DNA from: Candidatus Methanoplasma sp. | Lineage (GTDB): Archaea; Thermoplasmatota; Thermoplasmata; Methanomassiliicoccales; Methanomethylophilaceae | Direction: 5' to 3' | DNA length: 64,000 bases | Assembly: GCA_031256955.1 (NCBI GenBank) | Contig: JAIRPP010000008.1 | Coordinates: 161,472 to 225,471, forward strand | Shown here: positions 59,608 to 64,000 of the stretch, one piece after another | Layout: each line of letters begins with the position of its first letter | Position numbering within the stretch: position 1 is the stretch's first letter | Translations under genes and position numbers: made by a program | Notes under the pieces: generated by a model | What the model saw: only the letters and a program-made list of their open reading frames with translations | Databases searched by the model: none | Told to the model about the DNA's origin: nothing

Positions 59608-60948
59608 TCACGCGCTCGCGCTTATCGTCGCCGTGAATATCTTCTCTATCAGCGACAGGGCGCCCCTGTACCCCACGTAGCCCCTCGACAGGACCACCTC
59701 GTAGGACGCCGGGAAGCTCACCTCGACTATCCCCGCCCTTATCTCCTTGGCCACGTCCCTCTCCCAGGTCGTGCCGAAGATTATGGCGGGGCGCCTCGGG
59801 CTGTTCCTTATCTCCTCCTCGATCACGAAGCCGTCCTCTATGAACTGCACCTCGGGGATGTCGGGGGATATCCCGCGGAACAGCCCGCGTATGCCCTCCC
59901 TGTGCTCCTCGGGAGGGTCCTCCGTGGCTATTATCTTGACGGGTATCAGGCCCAGCTGGTTGGAGGCGAAGTTGGTTATCGCGGCGGCGTACGCGCTGTC
60001 TGACACGACGGCGAGCTTGGACGGGACCCCGAAGAAGTACTCGGCGTAGAACTCCGAGAACTCCTCCAGGTACCTGTAGTAGTCCCTCTCCTCCTCCCGT
60101 ATGAACGCCTCCGCCCGCTCGGGGTCCGTCTTGGCGTATGCGGCGACCTTCCTGAGGAACCCGCCGGTCTCGATGGACCCTATGGGGATCATCGGGACGT
60201 GGAGGTACGGCTGCCCGTACTTTTCCCTCAGGTGCTCCGCTATGGAGAGGCCCAGCCAGCTGTGCAGCACGAGGTTGAACCCCGCCCGGGGGATGGTCTT
60301 CCATTCCTCCACGCCCCCGGAGCCGTGCCCGAACAGTATGTTCACCCTCAGGCCTATGCCCTCGAGGATCCTCTTGATCTCCTGGAGGTCGCCCCTCCAG
60401 AACGTGTTCTGGTACGGGAGCTCGGTCCACACGTTCACCAGCCCCTCGTCCCTCGGGCCGGCGTAGTCGCCGACGTGCTGGTCCACGATCGCCTTGGCGA
60501 TCGCCTCGTGCCCGATGAAGTTGTTGCCTTTGAACCCGCCGGTCTCCGCGTAGACCACGGGCGCGCCCCTGGCCTGGAACTCCCCGACAACGGACTCCAC
60601 GTCGTCGCCCACGATGTCGGATATGCACCCTGTGGTCACTACGAACAGGTCCGCCTTCATGACCTTTAGGGAAGCCTGTATAAGCTCCCTCAGGCGCTCG
60701 TTGCCCCCGAACACCACCTCCTTCTCGGTGGAGTTCACGCTGGGCAGGCTGGCGCCTCCCCCGTACCCCGAGCCCTGGAACCCGTTGTAGAACACCAGGC
60801 CGGCGTACTGCTTGTCAGCGCATCCGGGGCCGCAGTCCGCTATGGGTATCGTCCCGGGGATGGCGACCGCGCTGTGCATGGCCCCGACCGCGCACCCGTA
60901 CCTCACCCTGCATATGGATTCCGACTTCATCGACTCCTGCTTGGTCAC
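59608..60948 (-). CDS. marK: Nitrogenase-like beta subunit, methylthio-alkane reductase MarK-like
   Basis: VRYGCAVGAMHSA, CGPGCADKQ...FYNGFQG, TGCISD, NTFWRGDL, FPASYEVVL, C-terminal SASA; matches MarK as recalled. Confidence 0.8.
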   Translation of the reverse strand: MTKQESMKSESICRVRYGCAVGAMHSAVAIPGTIPIADCGPGCADKQYAGLVFYNGFQGSGYGGGASLPSVNSTEKEVVFGGNERLRELIQASLKVMKADLFVVTTGCISDIVGDDVESVVGEFQARGAPVVYAETGGFKGNNFIGHEAIAKAIVDQHVGDYAGPRDEGLVNVWTELPYQNTFWRGDLQEIKRILEGIGLRVNILFGHGSGGVEEWKTIPRAGFNLVLHSWLGLSIAEHLREKYGQPYLHVPMIPIGSIETGGFLRKVAAYAKTDPERAEAFIREEERDYYRYLEEFSEFYAEYFFGVPSKLAVVSDSAYAAAITNFASNQLGLIPVKIIATEDPPEEHREGIRGLFRGISPDIPEVQFIEDGFVIEEEIRNSPRRPAIIFGTTWERDVAKEIRAGIVEVSFPASYEVVLSRGYVGYRGALSLIEKIFTATISASA

Positions 60949-60952
60949 GGGA

Positions 60953-62473
60953 TCAGTCCTCCCATATCAGGCCGGGGTTCTTCGCGAGGACCCCGGGATC
61001 GGTCTGCGACGCCCACCAGTCCGTGTACTGGTGGGTGACGTGCCTCGACAGGTCCTTGCAGAACTTGCCGCGCTCCAGGATCTCCAGGATCAGGTTGCCC
61101 AGGTTTACGGGGCCGTCGTACCCTATGGCCAGGTGCTCGTCGCCCAGCGGCGCCGCCGGGATCCCCAGGCGGGACGCAAGCGGGGCGAGGCCGTTGTGCC
61201 TTATCAGTATGAAGTCCGGGTTGTGGTTCTGGAGGGATATCAGGAACTGGAACGGCTGCCTTATGCTGACCACGAAGTCGCCCACGTCCCCGTAGTTGTC
61301 GACCAGGTGCGCCAGCGTGTCCTGCCTGGGGTCCCCGCTGTCGTAGACGGGGTCGTGGTGGAACACGATCGACCCGTTCACGGCGATCCCCAGCTCCCTC
61401 AGCACCTCTATGAGCCCGTGCGCGTACGCGGACCCGGTGGCTATCAGGCCCTGGAGCCCGCTCAGCCTCTCCCTCAGCCTCTCCAGCTCGGGCCCGATCC
61501 TGGCGTGCTCCCTGGCTATGAACTCCTCCGCCAGCTCCTCGCGGTGCGTCACGCGGGCCAGCTCCCTCAGCCACTCGTCGGTGCCCCTTATGCCGTAGGG
61601 CTGCGGGGCCCTGACCTGCGGGACCCCGAAGTGCTGCTCCAGCCCCTCGGACAGGTACGTGCCGAGGGTGTTGCAGAACGCGACGGTGGCGGCCGCCTCG
61701 GACATCTGCGCCAGCTCGTCCACCGTGGCCATGTCCACCACGTAGTTCACCCTGAGGTTCAGGTTCTTCAGCATCGGCGCGAACACGTCCGACCCCCAGA
61801 GGTTGATCACGTTGACCAGGTCCTCCTGCCTCTTCTCCGGGTTCTTCTTGACTATGTGCTTCAGTATGCCGTGCTGGCTCTGGTCGAACCCGGTGCTCCA
61901 GTGCTTGCTCCTGAAGCCCTCGCACGATAGCGGCACGACGGGTATGCCCAGCTTGCCCGAGTACTCCTCCGCTACGCTGTCCACGTCGTCCCCTATGATG
62001 CCCGTGGCGCAGGACGTGCCCACGAATATGGCCTTGGGGCGGTAGTGCTCCCAAACGTCCTCTATGGTCAGCCTCAGCTTCTCCAGGCCTCCGAACACCA
62101 TGTCGCTCTCCGTGAGGTTGGTGGAGGCTATCTTTATGTTCTCCACCTTGTGCCCCCTGGACTCCAGGCCTATCCTGAAGATCATGTTGTATATGATCTG
62201 GGACGCGCTGCACCCGATGGGCGCGTGCTGTATGAGCACCGCCTCCCTCACGTTGCCCGCCTGGCACTCCACCATCTGCTCGCTGCACACCGACGGCTGC
62301 GTGAAGGGGCCCTTCCTCTCCTTGAGCGGGCACCCCCTCCCGTCGCCGCACCTCTTCTTGGAGTACCCGGAGAGCTCCGAGAGCTCGCTGGCGGTCCCGT
62401 CCCAGTAGACGATCGTCCCGAGGCGCTGCTCGCGGCTCTCCGCCGCGCTGTTGTCTAGGTTTATCCTGGCCAT
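60953..62473 (-). CDS. marD: Nitrogenase-like alpha subunit, methylthio-alkane reductase MarD-like
   Basis: ESREQRLGTI, SVCSEQMVECQAGNV, PIGC, TSC, SKHWSTGFD, INLWGSDVF, FCNTL, FHHDPVYD, IRHNGL; start ATG 62473. Confidence 0.8.
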   Translation of the reverse strand: MARINLDNSAAESREQRLGTIVYWDGTASELSELSGYSKKRCGDGRGCPLKERKGPFTQPSVCSEQMVECQAGNVREAVLIQHAPIGCSASQIIYNMIFRIGLESRGHKVENIKIASTNLTESDMVFGGLEKLRLTIEDVWEHYRPKAIFVGTSCATGIIGDDVDSVAEEYSGKLGIPVVPLSCEGFRSKHWSTGFDQSQHGILKHIVKKNPEKRQEDLVNVINLWGSDVFAPMLKNLNLRVNYVVDMATVDELAQMSEAAATVAFCNTLGTYLSEGLEQHFGVPQVRAPQPYGIRGTDEWLRELARVTHREELAEEFIAREHARIGPELERLRERLSGLQGLIATGSAYAHGLIEVLRELGIAVNGSIVFHHDPVYDSGDPRQDTLAHLVDNYGDVGDFVVSIRQPFQFLISLQNHNPDFILIRHNGLAPLASRLGIPAAPLGDEHLAIGYDGPVNLGNLILEILERGKFCKDLSRHVTHQYTDWWASQTDPGVLAKNPGLIWED

Positions 62474-62481
62474 GGGGCGCC

Positions 62482-63357
62482 TCACACCCCTATGGCGTTG
62501 CCCGACCCTGCGCGCCGCTCGATCTCCAGGAGGCGCCTGCCCCATTCGCCCGCCCACTCCCTCAGCTCCGTCACGTCCATGGGGGACGGGACCGCGGACT
62601 CCTCGTGCGCGGCTATCTTCTTCGCCAGGCTCCTGTAGACGTCGGCCTGGGCCGAGTCCGGGGCCGCCTCGATGACCGTCTTGCCCTGGAGCTCGCTCTG
62701 CGTCACGGTGACCGACCTCGGGACGTACTCCACCACCCTGGTCTTCGTCCTGGCGACGAAGTCGTCCACCACGCGCCTGGAGTAGTCCTGGTTTATCGAG
62801 TTGGCTATCACCCCGCCCAGCAGGGCCCCGCCGGACTTGGAGTAGCCGCTTATCCCCTTGAAGAGGTTGTTGGACGCGTATATCGACATGAAGTCGGAGG
62901 ACGACACCGTGAACACGTGCTGCGCTATCCCCTCCCTGACCGGGACCGCGAACCCGCCGCACACGACGTCCCCCAGGACGTCGTAGAGGATTATGTCCAA
63001 GTCGAGCTCCTCGAAGACCCTCTGCTGCCTGAACAGCTGGACGGCGGTTATTATCCCCCTGCCCGCGCAGCCCACGCCGGGGGCGGGCCCGCCCGCCTCC
63101 ACGCAGTAGACTCCCGCGAAGCCCTCGTGCACCACCTCGTGTGCGTCGACCTTGGTCTTCTCCCTGAGCGTGTCCAGGACCGTCGGGATGTACGTCCCGC
63201 CGCGCAGCGTGTTGGTCGAGTCGCTCTTGGGGTCGCATCCGAACTGCATCACCCTGTACCCCGCCTCGCCGAGCGCGGCGGACAGGTTGGACGTGGTCGT
63301 GGATTTCCCGATCCCGCCCTTGCCGTATATCGCTATCTGCTTGATTTTCTTGCCCAT
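62482..63357 (-). CDS. marH: Nitrogenase Fe-protein homolog, MarH-like
   Basis: [60 protein letters not shown]. Confidence 0.85.
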   Translation of the reverse strand: MGKKIKQIAIYGKGGIGKSTTTSNLSAALGEAGYRVMQFGCDPKSDSTNTLRGGTYIPTVLDTLREKTKVDAHEVVHEGFAGVYCVEAGGPAPGVGCAGRGIITAVQLFRQQRVFEELDLDIILYDVLGDVVCGGFAVPVREGIAQHVFTVSSSDFMSIYASNNLFKGISGYSKSGGALLGGVIANSINQDYSRRVVDDFVARTKTRVVEYVPRSVTVTQSELQGKTVIEAAPDSAQADVYRSLAKKIAAHEESAVPSPMDVTELREWAGEWGRRLLEIERRAGSGNAIGV

Positions 63358-63471
63358 GTGTCATCACCTTGGAGGCGCGAGAGCGCGCCGAACGGGTTTG
63401 AGGCGCGGGCCCGCCCTCCGGGGGCCCGCGTAAAATAGATTGGGGCGGGGGGGGGGGGAGCCCCGCCCGCG

Positions 63472-64000
63472 TCAGACGTCCATCACGTTCTCCTTCTCGA
63501 GCTCGGACAGTATCCTCTTCCTGAGCTCCACGAACTCCATCGAGGAGCGGTCCCTGGGCCTCTCCCACGGGATCTCCACGATCTCCTTGATCCTCATCGG
63601 GCGCTTGGTCTGCACCACCACCCTGTCCGACAGGAAGATCGCCTCGTCCACGGAGTGGGTGATGAAGATGATCGTCTGGTCGGTGGACGCCAGGATGTCC
63701 GTCAGCTGGTTCTGCATGATGTTGCGGGTCTGGGCGTCCAGCGCCCCGAAGGGCTCGTCCATCAGTATGACGTCCGGCCCCACCACCAGCGCCCTCGCTA
63801 TGGCGACCCTCTGCTTCATGCCCCCGGACAGCTCGGAGACCCTCGAGTCCGCGAACTTCTCCAGGCCCACCAGCCTGAGGTAGCGCTCCGCCCTCTCGCG
63901 GCGGTCCGCCCTGGGGACCCCCGCCACCTCCAGGCCGAACTCGACGTTCTTCCTCACCGACCTCCACGGGAACAGGGCGAAGTCCTGGAAGACCATGCCG
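63472..64000 (-). CDS. ABC transporter ATP-binding protein, nitrate/sulfonate/taurine family (5' end outside the window)
   Basis: VFQDFALFPW, LSGGMKQRVAIARAL, MDEPFGALDAQTR, ITHSVDEA. Confidence 0.93.
   Translation of the reverse strand, partial: GMVFQDFALFPWRSVRKNVEFGLEVAGVPRADRRERAERYLRLVGLEKFADSRVSELSGGMKQRVAIARALVVGPDVILMDEPFGALDAQTRNIMQNQLTDILASTDQTIIFITHSVDEAIFLSDRVVVQTKRPMRIKEIVEIPWERPRDRSSMEFVELRKRILSELEKENVMDV

Noticed and set aside
59608-63357. Canonical nitrogen fixation (nifHDK) or F430 biosynthesis (cfbCD)
   Set aside because: No nifI/nifEN; D and K lack typical NifD/NifK motif contexts; Cfb uses a single shorter D-type subunit, whereas two distinct subunits are present here.
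60953-63967. 1004-aa ORF as one fusion protein
   Set aside because: The first half is an off-frame shadow of the ABC and marH genes; the real gene starts at 62473.

Overview
GC-rich chromosome segment of a Methanomassiliicoccales-type methanogenic archaeon (solitary archaeal 16S rRNA gene, hdrA-mvhDGA, Tes/GGR ether-lipid genes, rpl10e, rps8e, srp19, RNase P subunits). About 61 CDSs, one 16S rRNA and one tRNA-Ser(GCT). Main results: (1) a nitrogenase-like H-D-K operon that resembles methylthio-alkane reductase (MarHDK) rather than Nif or Cfb, co-oriented with an ABC transporter, a NifX-like protein, a four-subunit 2-oxoacid:ferredoxin oxidoreductase, an acyl-CoA ligase and a methionine-type aminotransferase, i.e. 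a candidate organosulfur salvage pathway in a methanogen; (2) all four AAA_14-DUF4143 ATPase-nuclease paralogs have phased upstream repeat arrays (three arrays have an exact 33-bp period) whose sequence differs between paralogs, plus one orphan copy; (3) in-frame TAG codons in dph2 and a DUF3990 gene, and no TAG stop among the called genes, which points to TAG read as pyrrolysine; (4) poly-G tracts at the 5' ends of surface-protein genes, one out of frame. An accessory region at about 25.2-40.6 kb holds defence-like genes, surface proteins and a type II R-M system next to the tRNA. All family calls come from motif recognition by eye; no searches were run.
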